From NCBI GenBank assembly GCA_020720325.1, contig DYOW01000003.1, positions 3,522 to 57,463 on the forward strand: 53,942 nt of DNA, read 5' to 3'. The notes below the pieces were generated by a model that saw only the letters and a list, made by a program, of their open reading frames with translations, made no database searches and was not told where the DNA came from. Position 1 is the first letter of the stretch, and the number at the start of each line of letters is the position of its first letter. The position numbers and the translations under genes are program-made. This DNA comes from Desulfobulbus propionicus. GTDB lineage: Bacteria > Desulfobacterota > Dissulfuribacteria > Dissulfuribacterales > DYOW01. Shown here piece after piece: positions 19,741 through 29,795 of this stretch.

Positions 19741-22695
19741 ATGAGATTATTTTTTTTTATTTTTATATTTTTATTGTTAAATTCAGGTATGGCTTATTCA
19801 ATGACAAATATTGACCTTGATGTGACGGTTAATTTAAATGATAAGGCGCTTTATGGCATAGCAAAGATTTCAAATTATGAAATTTCGCCTGAATTTAACA
19901 ACCCAGGCATTGAAATTTTACATAAAACTCTAAAAAAAGAGAATGAAAAGGATGTTATTTTTATTGAATACAAAACTGATATAGGAAACATATTGGAAAA
20001 CTCCAGGATGTTTTCAGCGGATGATTTCCTGTTTTTATATGACAACTGGTTTCCTGAGGCGGATAATTATGCGATATACAGCCTTAAAGTTTCTGTTCCG
20101 GAAGGTTTTATTCCCATTTCCGAGGCGGATGAAGTCAAAGAAAACAAAGGTAAATATGAATTTATTTTTAATCACCCAAGGGATGAAATAACGCTGATTG
20201 TTGGAAAATTTCACAAAAATTCAATTAAACACCGTGATATTGACATATCAACATATTTTTTGGAAAACGACAGGAATCTAAGCAATCTTTACCTGACAAA
20301 AACAGGGCAGTTTCTTGATAAATACCAGAAACTCCTTGGCAAATTCCCTTTCAAAAAATTTTCTGTAGTTGAAAATCCAGCGCAAACCGGCTACGGCTTT
20401 CCCACATTTACCCTGCTTGGCTCTGCTGTTTTAAGGCTGCCATTCATACCTGACACATCCCTTGGTCATGAACTGGCACATTCATGGTGGGGCAACTCAA
20501 TTTATAATGATTTCTCCAAAGGTAACTGGATTGAAGGCCTCACCACATACCTTTCCGACTATCATTATGAAAAAGAAAAAAATGCTGATACTGCCTACAG
20601 AAAAAATATTATCGTTAAATACATGAGTTATAACGACACAAATTCCACTCCATTAATGGATTTTAAGGGAAATATTGACAATAAAAACGAATCCATTGGT
20701 TATGGAAAAGGGGCTTTTCTCTTTTATACCCTTGAAAATGAAATGGGAGAAAAAAATTTTTATGATGCCCTTAAAGATTTGATAAATACATACAGTTTCA
20801 AAGAAGCAAGCTGGGATGATATAAAAGATACCTTTAATAAATATTCACAAAATAAGCTTGACACAATATTTGACCAGCGCTTAAAAAGAAATGACATACC
20901 TGATATAAATATTTCATCCAATGAACTGCATATTGATGAAAAAGGCGAATTTTTATTGAAAATTACAGTAAATCAGGGCACAAAGATACCATACAACTTA
21001 ACAGTTCCTCTTATAGTTGAAACCCTTTCGGGAAAACAGGATTTTGATATAAATATTTCCGGTGAAAAACAGGATGTGTATCTGAATGTGAATAATTTTC
21101 CCCTTAAGGTGATTATTGACCCTCAATATAAAATAATGCGAAAATTAAGTCCAAACGAATATCCCCCTGTATTTTCCAGAGTAATTGGCGCAAAATCCGG
21201 CATAATGACAATCCATAAAAGTGAGAGGGAAATTTACAGCGAAGCCATTGATTTTTTTACAAATAAAAATAAAAACTATGAAATAATTGAGATTGACGAC
21301 AACTCAGCCTTTGAATGGGAGAAATATAACACGCTTAAATCAATTATTTTTATGGGGACTGTTCCAAAACCTATTCAAAAAATAATAAAAAAACAAGACC
21401 TGAGAAATTCCGGAGTATCCATTGATATTATAAATAATATAGCCAATAATTCCATTATAACCCTCCTAAGAATTGATAAAAAAGAAGAATTTACCAAAAT
21501 CAAAAGAAAATTATTCCATTACGGCAATTATTCAAAAATTGTTTTTTCTGACGGCAAAACCATTGAAAAAGCCTTAAAAAACACCGAGGATGGCATTATC
21601 TATAATATTTATAACCCCATTATGGGCTATAACAAAGATTCCATATTAACATTTAATGATATAATTAATCAGATAGCTAATAAAAAAATAGTCTTTGTTG
21701 GTGAAGAGCATGACAAATATGCGCATCACCTCTTGCAGTTAATGGTCATTAAGGCTCTTAATAAAAAAGGCGTTAAACTGGCCGTTGGAATGGAGATGTT
21801 TCAAAAACCATTTCAAAAGGCATTGGATGATTATATTGAAAGCAAAATAAGTGAACAGGACTTTCTCTCCCAATCAGAATATCTTAAGAGATGGAGCTTT
21901 GATTATAAACTCTACAAACCAATAATAGATTACTGCAGGGCAAATAATATCAGAATTATCGCCCTTAATGCGCCAGTGGAATTAACAAAAAAAATATCCG
22001 AAAAGGGAATTGGCGCGCTTACCCCGGAAGAACAGGAAAATATTCCAAATATTGACATAACAAATAATGAGCACAAAGATTTTGTAAACTATATTTTTTC
22101 ATCCCATAACATATCTGAAAAAAAGGATTTCACCAATTTTTATATGGCCCAGCTTTTATGGGACGAGACAATGGCTGATACAGCGCATAATTTTCTTAAA
22201 AATAATCCCGTATATAAAATGGTGATACTTGCAGGAAACGGTCACATAGAAAATAGATACGGCATTCCAAACCGCCTGACTGCAAGGGGAGACTATGATA
22301 TAACAACCATAACAAATGAGTCTGTTTTGGAAATAAATCCAGAAAAAGCGGATTTTTCCATTATCATGCCCTATTTTGAACAGCCATTCTCAGCCCGGCT
22401 TGGAGTGACTCTGGAAGAAATGCCTGACGGATTATTAATAAAAGATATTGATAAAAATAGCGTTGCAATGAAATCAAATCTCCATAAAAATGACATTATT
22501 TTATTTGCGGATGATGTTAAAATATCAAATCTTTTTTCTCTTAAGGCAATACTGTCAATGAAAAAACAATCCGATACAATCAAACTTAAAATTAAAAGAA
22601 AAAAACAGGATAATCAGGAAGAATATGAAGAGCTTGAGATTATTTCAGAGCCTTTTGACAAAACATCCCGGATGCCTTTTGAACATCCCAAATGA
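19741..22695 (+). CDS. Secreted multidomain protein: M1-type zinc metallopeptidase + ChaN/Tiki-superfamily (haem-binding-uptake-like) domain + PDZ
   Basis: 984-aa ORF with a signal peptide. It has HELAHSWWGN plus WIEGLTTY (HEXXH-E zinc site), a mid region VFVGEEHDKYAHH ... GMEMF ... ILAGNGH (ChaN/Cofac_haem_bdg-like) and a C-terminal PDZ-like segment (GLLIKDIDKNSVAMKSNLHKNDIILFADD). Confidence 0.7.
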   Translation: MRLFFFIFIFLLLNSGMAYSMTNIDLDVTVNLNDKALYGIAKISNYEISPEFNNPGIEILHKTLKKENEKDVIFIEYKTDIGNILENSRMFSADDFLFLYDNWFPEADNYAIYSLKVSVPEGFIPISEADEVKENKGKYEFIFNHPRDEITLIVGKFHKNSIKHRDIDISTYFLENDRNLSNLYLTKTGQFLDKYQKLLGKFPFKKFSVVENPAQTGYGFPTFTLLGSAVLRLPFIPDTSLGHELAHSWWGNSIYNDFSKGNWIEGLTTYLSDYHYEKEKNADTAYRKNIIVKYMSYNDTNSTPLMDFKGNIDNKNESIGYGKGAFLFYTLENEMGEKNFYDALKDLINTYSFKEASWDDIKDTFNKYSQNKLDTIFDQRLKRNDIPDINISSNELHIDEKGEFLLKITVNQGTKIPYNLTVPLIVETLSGKQDFDINISGEKQDVYLNVNNFPLKVIIDPQYKIMRKLSPNEYPPVFSRVIGAKSGIMTIHKSEREIYSEAIDFFTNKNKNYEIIEIDDNSAFEWEKYNTLKSIIFMGTVPKPIQKIIKKQDLRNSGVSIDIINNIANNSIITLLRIDKKEEFTKIKRKLFHYGNYSKIVFSDGKTIEKALKNTEDGIIYNIYNPIMGYNKDSILTFNDIINQIANKKIVFVGEEHDKYAHHLLQLMVIKALNKKGVKLAVGMEMFQKPFQKALDDYIESKISEQDFLSQSEYLKRWSFDYKLYKPIIDYCRANNIRIIALNAPVELTKKISEKGIGALTPEEQENIPNIDITNNEHKDFVNYIFSSHNISEKKDFTNFYMAQLLWDETMADTAHNFLKNNPVYKMVILAGNGHIENRYGIPNRLTARGDYDITTITNESVLEINPEKADFSIIMPYFEQPFSARLGVTLEEMPDGLLIKDIDKNSVAMKSNLHKNDIILFADDVKISNLFSLKAILSMKKQSDTIKLKIKRKKQDNQEEYEELEIISEPFDKTSRMPFEHPK

Positions 22696-23702
22696 GAGCT
22701 GTTAAAATAGCAATTGCCGCAAATTCCTTTGTTTTTATACTTAAACTGTTCTCCGCAGTAATGACAGGCAGCGCCTCCATGTTTGCCGAGGCAATCCATT
22801 CCTTTGCGGATACCGCAAATCAGGCGCTTTTATGGATAGGTTTAAGAAGAAGCAAAATAGGACCCTCAAAAGAATATCCCTTTGGCAGGGGAAAAGAAAT
22901 GTTTGTGTGGGGACTGATATCGGCTTGCGGCATCTTTTTTATTGGTTCAGGCGTCACAATATATCACGGCATTGAGTATTTGATGGAATATCAAAATCCC
23001 CAACTGACTAAATTAAATTATATCATATCTGATGAAATGGGGGAACAACTGGAAAGTATATTTTATACCCATAATAGCGCTCCTAACTTAAATCTCATCG
23101 TCCTTTTGGTTTCCCTTGTTGTTGAGTCAATTCCCCTTTGTATTGCATGGATTGACAAACAGGAAGGAAACACTGCAAATCTTGCCGTAATATTGGAAGA
23201 CAGCGTGGCTGTTCTTGGTGTTGTTCTTGCCTTTATCGCCATATTTCTCTCCAAAATCACTGACTGGTTTATATGGGACGGCATTGGTTCAATTATTATT
23301 GGAATTTTGCTTGGCGCTGTTGCAATTGTGCTAATCAAAAAGAATCTTGAATATCTCATGGAAAAATCCTCCCCTGAAGAGCTAAAGGAAGAGGTTAAGG
23401 AAGAACTGGAAAAAATGCCCCTTATTGAAGATATTAAAGACATAAGAATGATTATCCTTACGCCCACCACCCATCACATCAGGGCAGAGGTTGAGATTAA
23501 CGGTTATCTCCTTGTTAAAGAAATGGAAGACACTCTCAGAGATGAATATGAAGAAATAGAAAATTATTCCGAATTTTTAAGGTTTTGTTCCACATTTGCA
23601 AACAGAATCACAAGGATTGTTGGCTCAAGCATTGATAAAATGGAAGACAGGATAAAGAAAAAAATCACCTATATTAAGAGCGTGGATATAAAGCCGTCAT
23701 AA
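22692..23702 (+). CDS. Cation diffusion facilitator (CDF) family transporter
   Basis: 336-aa ORF with a 4-nt overlap (ATGA) with the upstream gene. TM2 has HSFAD (HxxxD), TM5 has ILEDSVAVLG, and a C-terminal cytoplasmic domain is present. Confidence 0.8.
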   Translation: MRAVKIAIAANSFVFILKLFSAVMTGSASMFAEAIHSFADTANQALLWIGLRRSKIGPSKEYPFGRGKEMFVWGLISACGIFFIGSGVTIYHGIEYLMEYQNPQLTKLNYIISDEMGEQLESIFYTHNSAPNLNLIVLLVSLVVESIPLCIAWIDKQEGNTANLAVILEDSVAVLGVVLAFIAIFLSKITDWFIWDGIGSIIIGILLGAVAIVLIKKNLEYLMEKSSPEELKEEVKEELEKMPLIEDIKDIRMIILTPTTHHIRAEVEINGYLLVKEMEDTLRDEYEEIENYSEFLRFCSTFANRITRIVGSSIDKMEDRIKKKITYIKSVDIKPS

Positions 23703-23753
23703 AAATCAAACAAATCAGATGGTTGTTTTCCTGACAGATCCAGCATCATTATT

Positions 23754-25724
23754 TCACGGCAATTTATGGGCTTTTTCCTTAAAAAGCAGTTCACCTTTAG
23801 GGTTTAATAATTTTTTTTGCAGCATATCAGGGACTAAGTCAGGATGAACAGGTTTGCTGAACAAATAACCCTGAATCTCGTCACATCCAAGATTGCTTAA
23901 TATATCAAGATGTTCCGCTGTTTCCACACCTTCTGCAACCACGGAAATATCAAGGCTCTGGGCAAGGGCAATAATTGACTTGGTTATCAGCTTGGATTCA
24001 GGGTTAAAGGATAGGTCTTTTATAAATGACCTGTCTATTTTTAATCCTGAAACCGGAAGTTTATGCAGATAACTAAGAGAAGAAAATCCAGTTCCAAAAT
24101 CATCGATATAAATTTTAATACCTTCATCACGTATTTGCTCAAAAATTTTTATTTTTTGGTTTATATCCTCAAGAAATGTTGATTCTGTAATCTCAATCTG
24201 TATTAAATTTGTTGGGATTCGGGTCTCCTGCAATAAACTCATCACCTTTTCAGGAAGTTCCTTTTTAAACTGGTCTGACGAAATATTGACTGCCACAGGA
24301 ACAACATCCAGTCCTTCCTTTCTCCAGTGATAAAGGTCAAAACAAGCAATTTTCAATACAATTTCGCCTAACTGGGAGATAAGACCCATTTTTTCTGCTA
24401 TTGGAATAAAATCCAATGGCATTATAAGTCCTTTCTCAGGATGATTCCACCTGATAAGAGCCTCAAAACCCACCAACTCATTGGTAAAAGTGTTCACCTT
24501 TGGCTGGTAGTAAAGGATAAATTCCTGTCTCTCTATTGCGATTCTTAAATTGCTTTCTATTTCAAGATGTTCCGCAATGATATTATCCATGCCGGGTTGA
24601 TAAAAATGAAACCCGTTCCCGCTGTTTTTTTTCACCTCATACATTGCAATTTCAGCCCTTTTTAACAGAAGCTCCGCATTTTGACCGTCAGAGGGATAGA
24701 TGCTTATTCCAGCGCTTAAAGTAAAGATATAATATTGTCCCAAAATATCAAATTTCTTACTGGAAAATGATTTTTGTATTAATCGCACAAAATCTGCGAT
24801 ATAGTCTATATTTGAAATATTTTCAAAAAGAATAATAAATTCATCCCCTCCAAAACGGTAAAGGGAAATATTTGTCTTTACAACATATTCTTTTTGAAAT
24901 TTTGTGATTATTTCTATAAAATAAGCGGCTATTTTTTGGAGAGTGATATCGCCGATTTCGTTTCCGAGGGTATCATTAATCTTTTTGAAATTATCAACAT
25001 CATTTAAAATTATCACCGGATTGCTATTTTTGTGATAAAGATAATCAAATATCCTGTTAAGATGCGCAAGAAATGCCGTTCTGTTGGGAAGTCCTGTTAA
25101 TTTATCATAAACAGCATTATGTTCCATTTCTCTTGTCTTATTTTCCAGTAAATTTTCGAGAAATTCATAATTCTTTTCAAGAAATTTGTATAATTCAACA
25201 CCTTCAATGGCATTTGATGTAAGATGTATCAAAATAGACATATAAAGAGATAAATGATTTTCCGGCTTGACTTCATTTTCAAGGATACCCACAAAAATTC
25301 CCCTCACCCTTCTCTGGGTTGTCATGGAATGAAGCATAACCGGAAGACCTGATTTGCTTTTGGAGGGAAAAATCGGTCTGTTCTGTCTTAATGCAAAGGC
25401 GCATTCACCCCTGTTTATCTGATAGTCAAACTCATCCTGAATTAATTCGTTAAATGAGGCAGGCTCACATAAAAATTGATAAAGGTCAGCGTCATGTTCG
25501 TTTACAAGATAAAATCCCATTGCCCTGAAATTAATAAATTTCTCTATATAACTCTTTGTTTTGAGAAAAATTTTCTTTAAATCCCTGTGTTCATTGGCAG
25601 TTCCGTAAATATCGCCCATTTCAACAAGGCTCTCAAATGCCTCAAAAAACCAGCCGTTAAGCATTTCAAGGTAATTTAGCCTTTGTCTGAAAAATTCTAT
25701 TTCAGTAAAAATTTCAGTCTGCAT
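23754..25724 (-). CDS. Sensor-domain / GGDEF / EAL protein, both catalytic motifs intact
   Basis: 656-aa ORF. Motifs: RFGGDEF; EALIRW, DDFGTGFSS, AEGVE, QGYLF. The N-terminal ~190 aa look GAF-like and are not confidently assigned. Confidence 0.85.
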   Translation of the reverse strand: MQTEIFTEIEFFRQRLNYLEMLNGWFFEAFESLVEMGDIYGTANEHRDLKKIFLKTKSYIEKFINFRAMGFYLVNEHDADLYQFLCEPASFNELIQDEFDYQINRGECAFALRQNRPIFPSKSKSGLPVMLHSMTTQRRVRGIFVGILENEVKPENHLSLYMSILIHLTSNAIEGVELYKFLEKNYEFLENLLENKTREMEHNAVYDKLTGLPNRTAFLAHLNRIFDYLYHKNSNPVIILNDVDNFKKINDTLGNEIGDITLQKIAAYFIEIITKFQKEYVVKTNISLYRFGGDEFIILFENISNIDYIADFVRLIQKSFSSKKFDILGQYYIFTLSAGISIYPSDGQNAELLLKRAEIAMYEVKKNSGNGFHFYQPGMDNIIAEHLEIESNLRIAIERQEFILYYQPKVNTFTNELVGFEALIRWNHPEKGLIMPLDFIPIAEKMGLISQLGEIVLKIACFDLYHWRKEGLDVVPVAVNISSDQFKKELPEKVMSLLQETRIPTNLIQIEITESTFLEDINQKIKIFEQIRDEGIKIYIDDFGTGFSSLSYLHKLPVSGLKIDRSFIKDLSFNPESKLITKSIIALAQSLDISVVAEGVETAEHLDILSNLGCDEIQGYLFSKPVHPDLVPDMLQKKLLNPKGELLFKEKAHKLP

Positions 25725-26574
25725 CGTTTAAAAAAAATGTGACTATTTCGTCAAATAGTTCTTCCGATTTATTTACTATAAATTTTATACTATGATCTGT
25801 AAGGTTAAGGCTGTCAAATGCCACACGGTCCAAAGGAGTTATAAAAAAATCTCCGCTTGTACAGGGAATCATGGACTTTGCTATAATATTTGATACATGA
25901 ATTATGGCGCATGGCCTTTTATGGAGTTCAGAGACAGAGGGATAGTGGTGAAACATGACTTTTTCCTGCTGATCAGCGGGAAATTTCCATTTATTTAGTA
26001 AAATTCCGCCAAGTTTTGCATGGTCAAATCCAAAAACCTCTTCCTCAAGTTTCCACAAAAGCTTATTATCATCTTTATGACGGCTTAAAATGTCCATCAT
26101 TACATCAGGATAAGACTTAAAAAACAGTATGCGGCCTATATCGTGAAGAAGACCTGAGACAAAATAACTCTCCGGGTTTATTTCTTTAAGGATAGTGGAG
26201 CTTAATTTTGCCACAATCCCAGTAATAATACTATGCTGCCAGAAGGATTTCATGTCAACGTATTTCTTGTCAATACCATTGAAACTGTCAATTATTTTTG
26301 TGGCAAACACAATATTTATAATCTGCTGTGTGCCAAGAAGGGCGCATGCCTTGGAAACCCTGTCAATTTTTCTGGGAAAACCATAAAATGCGCTGTTAAC
26401 TATCTTTAAAACCCGTGCGGTAAGACCTGTGTCTTTTTCTATAATTTTGGAAAACTCCTCAAAAGATGAAAAAGGACTGTTCACAACCTCATTTAGTTTT
26501 ACCAGCACTTCCGGTAAGGTTGGGAGATTTTCAGTATGGATCAGAATTTTTTCAAGACTTATTTTTCTTTGCAT
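25714..26574 (-). CDS. HDOD-domain signalling protein
   Basis: 286-aa ORF with typical HDOD layout and motifs (LPTLPEVLVKLNEV..., SAFYGFPRKI, GLLHDIGR). It overlaps the downstream GGDEF-EAL gene by 11 nt. Confidence 0.8.
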   Translation of the reverse strand: MQRKISLEKILIHTENLPTLPEVLVKLNEVVNSPFSSFEEFSKIIEKDTGLTARVLKIVNSAFYGFPRKIDRVSKACALLGTQQIINIVFATKIIDSFNGIDKKYVDMKSFWQHSIITGIVAKLSSTILKEINPESYFVSGLLHDIGRILFFKSYPDVMMDILSRHKDDNKLLWKLEEEVFGFDHAKLGGILLNKWKFPADQQEKVMFHHYPSVSELHKRPCAIIHVSNIIAKSMIPCTSGDFFITPLDRVAFDSLNLTDHSIKFIVNKSEELFDEIVTFFLNDAD

Positions 26575-26981
26575 GCCTGGGACAAATATATAGTTAATAG
26601 TTCTGATATAAAGGGGTCTTCAACATCATTAAACATAAACTTTTTTTTAGCGGTTTCAGCACATATATCTTTATCTTTATAAAACAGACTAGGATTTTTT
26701 CTCTCATCAAACATTGTGTTTTTTTGTTCAAAAGATATTGTTGAAGTCTGAAAATTTTTATCCCTTAGCACATAGGCCTCTCCTATTCCCCAAATTCTTA
26801 ATACCCTCAGATGTTTGGAGCTTAAAACCGTCCCTGAGGAAATAATAAATCTTCCGGAATCGTCCTTGATATCCCTTTTAAGGATCATGCCTTCTTCTAA
26901 TTCATCTATCTTTAATAACAACATATAAAATAAAAAATTTAAAAAATTAAAATACTTCTGATTCTTTTTATCGACAGACAT
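26559..26981 (-). CDS. Hypothetical protein; N-terminal segment resembles the DUF3391-type module found in front of HD-GYP/HDOD proteins
   Basis: 140-aa ORF. The segment KIDELEEGMILKRDIKDDSGRFIISSGTVLSSKHLRVL is reminiscent of that module. The start is uncertain (alternative ATG at 26924) and neither start has a clear SD. Confidence 0.4.
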   Translation of the reverse strand: MSVDKKNQKYFNFLNFLFYMLLLKIDELEEGMILKRDIKDDSGRFIISSGTVLSSKHLRVLRIWGIGEAYVLRDKNFQTSTISFEQKNTMFDERKNPSLFYKDKDICAETAKKKFMFNDVEDPFISELLTIYLSQACKEK

Positions 26982-27017
26982 GTTTAATAATTAATTTTTA
27001 AACAAAAAAAGAATTTT

Positions 27018-28382
27018 TCAACTAAAATAGCTAATAAAATATATTATATTTCTTTTTAGAGGATTATCATTAAAATTCCACAATCTTTCGGGAGAATCAT
27101 TTATATTTACAGGTATAGTATCCCAACCTCCGGCTGGATGAAAAAAAGTTCCAACTCCCTGTGCAAAAAAAGAATATATAATAAATAAAATAATAATAAT
27201 TTTTATAATTTTATATCTTTTCACAAATGTTTGCATAACTGGGACACTTGATAAAATTAGAAATGGTTGAATTTCTGACAAGAGTCTGGGTCCATAACAG
27301 TGCCCTCCCCACCATGAAAACCATTTAGAAATTAGCAACAATTGCAGTATCGCAAAAACAATAAAAATTATATATATATTATCATACCCTGATTTTTTAT
27401 TTTTTACAACAAGATAACTTCCTGCAAAGCCAAATATTGCAAAGGGAAAATAGAAAAAAAGTCCTCTTCCCGGGCTAAACAATAATCCTGAAAATCCGTC
27501 AATAAAATTTGTTGTAAAGGTCATTTCATAACCGCCGGTTAATGAATTAAAATAGTATAAATTATAAAAAATCAGCAAAAAACCAAGAGGCATTGCAGAT
27601 AGAGCAAAAATTATCGTTTTAGTTAATGGGAATCTCAATAAAAAGTAAATTGATAGGGGCAATACAAAAAGGAGATTTGAAAGACGTATGCAAATACAAA
27701 TGCCGCAAATAATGCCAAGCAATATAATGGCTAAATTAATCCTCTTTCCTGATATTTCCTTTTTTATATTTATTACATTATCTAAGCGCATCAATAAAAA
27801 AACCGATAAAAGCATAAAAAAAATACCGGTTGTATGCTGCCATAAAGCCTGGGAAGAAACAGAAGACGCAGATGAACAAAAGGCATAAACAAAAGTTAAT
27901 AACAATGAAACATTTATATCGTCATTACTTAGTTTCCGCACAATAAGAAAAAATACCAAAACAGACAGGCTTGTTATAAAACTTGCAGAAAATTTTTCTA
28001 TTACTATTGCAAATCTCACCCATTCTTCAGTAGAGACTGTTTTTTTCAACATATGGTTGCCCATAATGTTGCTGAATAAAAAAACAGGCGCCACATAAAA
28101 AGGCAGAGAAATTAAGCCTGTGGCAACAGGATAGTTTGATATATAATGGGATTCTTTTTTTTTAAAAAAATAAGAATCAATTTTATTTTCCGTGCAATAA
28201 TCATAAAATTCATCCATATAAAGATTTCCCTTTGTCAAAATCTTTATTGGAATAACAGCGGATGGAAAGGTATCCCCGCTGTTTATTATCCTTAAATTTA
28301 GATTATAATAAAAAAAACTTATAAAAAAAAGAAAAATAAGGATTTTATCTGAAAAAACAATCCTCTTTGGCTGCATTATCAA
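27018..28382 (-). CDS. Polytopic membrane protein, GT-C-fold glycosyltransferase-like (ArnT/PMT family 39-like)
   Basis: 454-aa ORF with 10 or more TM segments. The overall architecture resembles GT39/ArnT-type enzymes. No catalytic motif was verified. Confidence 0.4.
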   Translation of the reverse strand: MIMQPKRIVFSDKILIFLFFISFFYYNLNLRIINSGDTFPSAVIPIKILTKGNLYMDEFYDYCTENKIDSYFFKKKESHYISNYPVATGLISLPFYVAPVFLFSNIMGNHMLKKTVSTEEWVRFAIVIEKFSASFITSLSVLVFFLIVRKLSNDDINVSLLLTFVYAFCSSASSVSSQALWQHTTGIFFMLLSVFLLMRLDNVINIKKEISGKRINLAIILLGIICGICICIRLSNLLFVLPLSIYFLLRFPLTKTIIFALSAMPLGFLLIFYNLYYFNSLTGGYEMTFTTNFIDGFSGLLFSPGRGLFFYFPFAIFGFAGSYLVVKNKKSGYDNIYIIFIVFAILQLLLISKWFSWWGGHCYGPRLLSEIQPFLILSSVPVMQTFVKRYKIIKIIIILFIIYSFFAQGVGTFFHPAGGWDTIPVNINDSPERLWNFNDNPLKRNIIYFISYFS

Positions 28383-28393
28383 GAAAAAACTTA

Positions 28394-28765
28394 TTAACCC
28401 TTCAGATGTTTCCTTACAGCTTCTTTAAGTTCATCAAGATTAAAGGATTTTACAATATATTCATCAGATGCCCATGATGCAAGATTTTGCTTGTATTCAG
28501 GGTATGCGGAACATAAAAGCACCTTAATATTAGGTTTTTTCTGTTTCATCTGACCAAGAACCTCAATCCCATCAATACCCGGCATATTGATATCAAGTAT
28601 AACAAGATCAGGCAAATAAGTGTCAAAAAGTTTAAGGGCATCCTCGCCGTTAAGGGCAGAGGCAACTTCATAACCCTCCTCTTCAAATTCCTCTTTATAA
28701 AGAAGATGAATGCTCTCCTCATCATCCACAAGAAGTATCTTTTTTAGCGTCTTAACCTTTTCCAT
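28394..28765 (-). CDS. Stand-alone response-regulator receiver (CheY-like)
   Basis: 123-aa ORF. Motifs: LLVDDEESI, ILDINMPGIDG, SAYPEY, K at the expected position. Confidence 0.85.
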   Translation of the reverse strand: MEKVKTLKKILLVDDEESIHLLYKEEFEEEGYEVASALNGEDALKLFDTYLPDLVILDINMPGIDGIEVLGQMKQKKPNIKVLLCSAYPEYKQNLASWASDEYIVKSFNLDELKEAVRKHLKG

Positions 28766-28787
28766 AAAACCTCCGTTTAATATTTTA

Positions 28788-29786
28788 TTATAATTTAATA
28801 TCTCTTAGGAATTTTGCAGATTCTTCCGGAGGTGTGGGATTTATATAAAAACCTGTGCCCCATTCAAAACCCGCTATCATTGTAAGTTTAGGCATCACTT
28901 CTATGTGCCAGTGATAATAATCAAGATTAGGAGTTCTTACAGGCCCTGTATGAAGCATAAAGTTATAAGGAACATCAGGGAGGGCCTTATCCAAACGCTT
29001 CATTGTCTGGGAAAAAATATCTGCAAGGGACATTAATTTGGTGTCATCAATATAGTTAAAATCAGAGCTGTGAAATTTTGGCAAGACCCACATTTCAAAG
29101 GGTGATCTTGGCGCATAAGGGCATAAAACTACAAATTCATTATTTTCAAGGACAATCCTCTCACCTGATTTTAACTCCTGACGAATTATATCACAATAAA
29201 CACATCTGTCCTTGTATTTGTGAAATCCTGCCGAGCCTACAACCTCTTCCTGGATAAGATAGGGGACAATAGGAAGGGCAATAAGCTGGGAATGGGAATG
29301 TTCAAGGGAAGCCCCTGCGGCGCTTGCATAATTTTTAAATACCATTATATATTTAATTCTCATATCCCTTGAAAGGTCATTTATCCTGTCCCTGTAAGCC
29401 CTGAAAATAAGGGATATTTGCTCCACACTCATCATTGCGATGGATGCATCATGGTCAGGGGTTTCTATTATAACCTCATGGGCGCCTATGCCGTTCATCT
29501 TATCAAACATGCCCTCGCCCCTTTTGTCCAGTTCGCCTTCCACAACAAGCGCGGGAAATTTATTGGGAACAACCCTTAATTTCCAGCCGCCGGAATTTGG
29601 GATATTGGACTGCCTTCCGTAAACAAGTATTTCATTTGGGGTTGTATATTCATTTCCGGGACAAAGGGGACAAAAACCAACTACTTTTTTATGCTGATTA
29701 AAAACAAAGTCTGAGGGTCTTTTTCCCCTCTCCTTTGCAATAATAACCCATCTTTCAACTATGGGATCTTTTCTTAACTGCGACAT
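28788..29786 (-). CDS. galT: Galactose-1-phosphate uridylyltransferase family (HIT superfamily, GalT-type) nucleotidyl transferase/phosphorylase
   Basis: 332-aa ORF with Zn-site CPLCPGNE and the active site HSHSQL (HxHxQ). It lies directly downstream of the GH57 gene. Confidence 0.8.
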   Translation of the reverse strand: MSQLRKDPIVERWVIIAKERGKRPSDFVFNQHKKVVGFCPLCPGNEYTTPNEILVYGRQSNIPNSGGWKLRVVPNKFPALVVEGELDKRGEGMFDKMNGIGAHEVIIETPDHDASIAMMSVEQISLIFRAYRDRINDLSRDMRIKYIMVFKNYASAAGASLEHSHSQLIALPIVPYLIQEEVVGSAGFHKYKDRCVYCDIIRQELKSGERIVLENNEFVVLCPYAPRSPFEMWVLPKFHSSDFNYIDDTKLMSLADIFSQTMKRLDKALPDVPYNFMLHTGPVRTPNLDYYHWHIEVMPKLTMIAGFEWGTGFYINPTPPEESAKFLRDIKL

Positions 29787-29795
29787 AATTTTATT

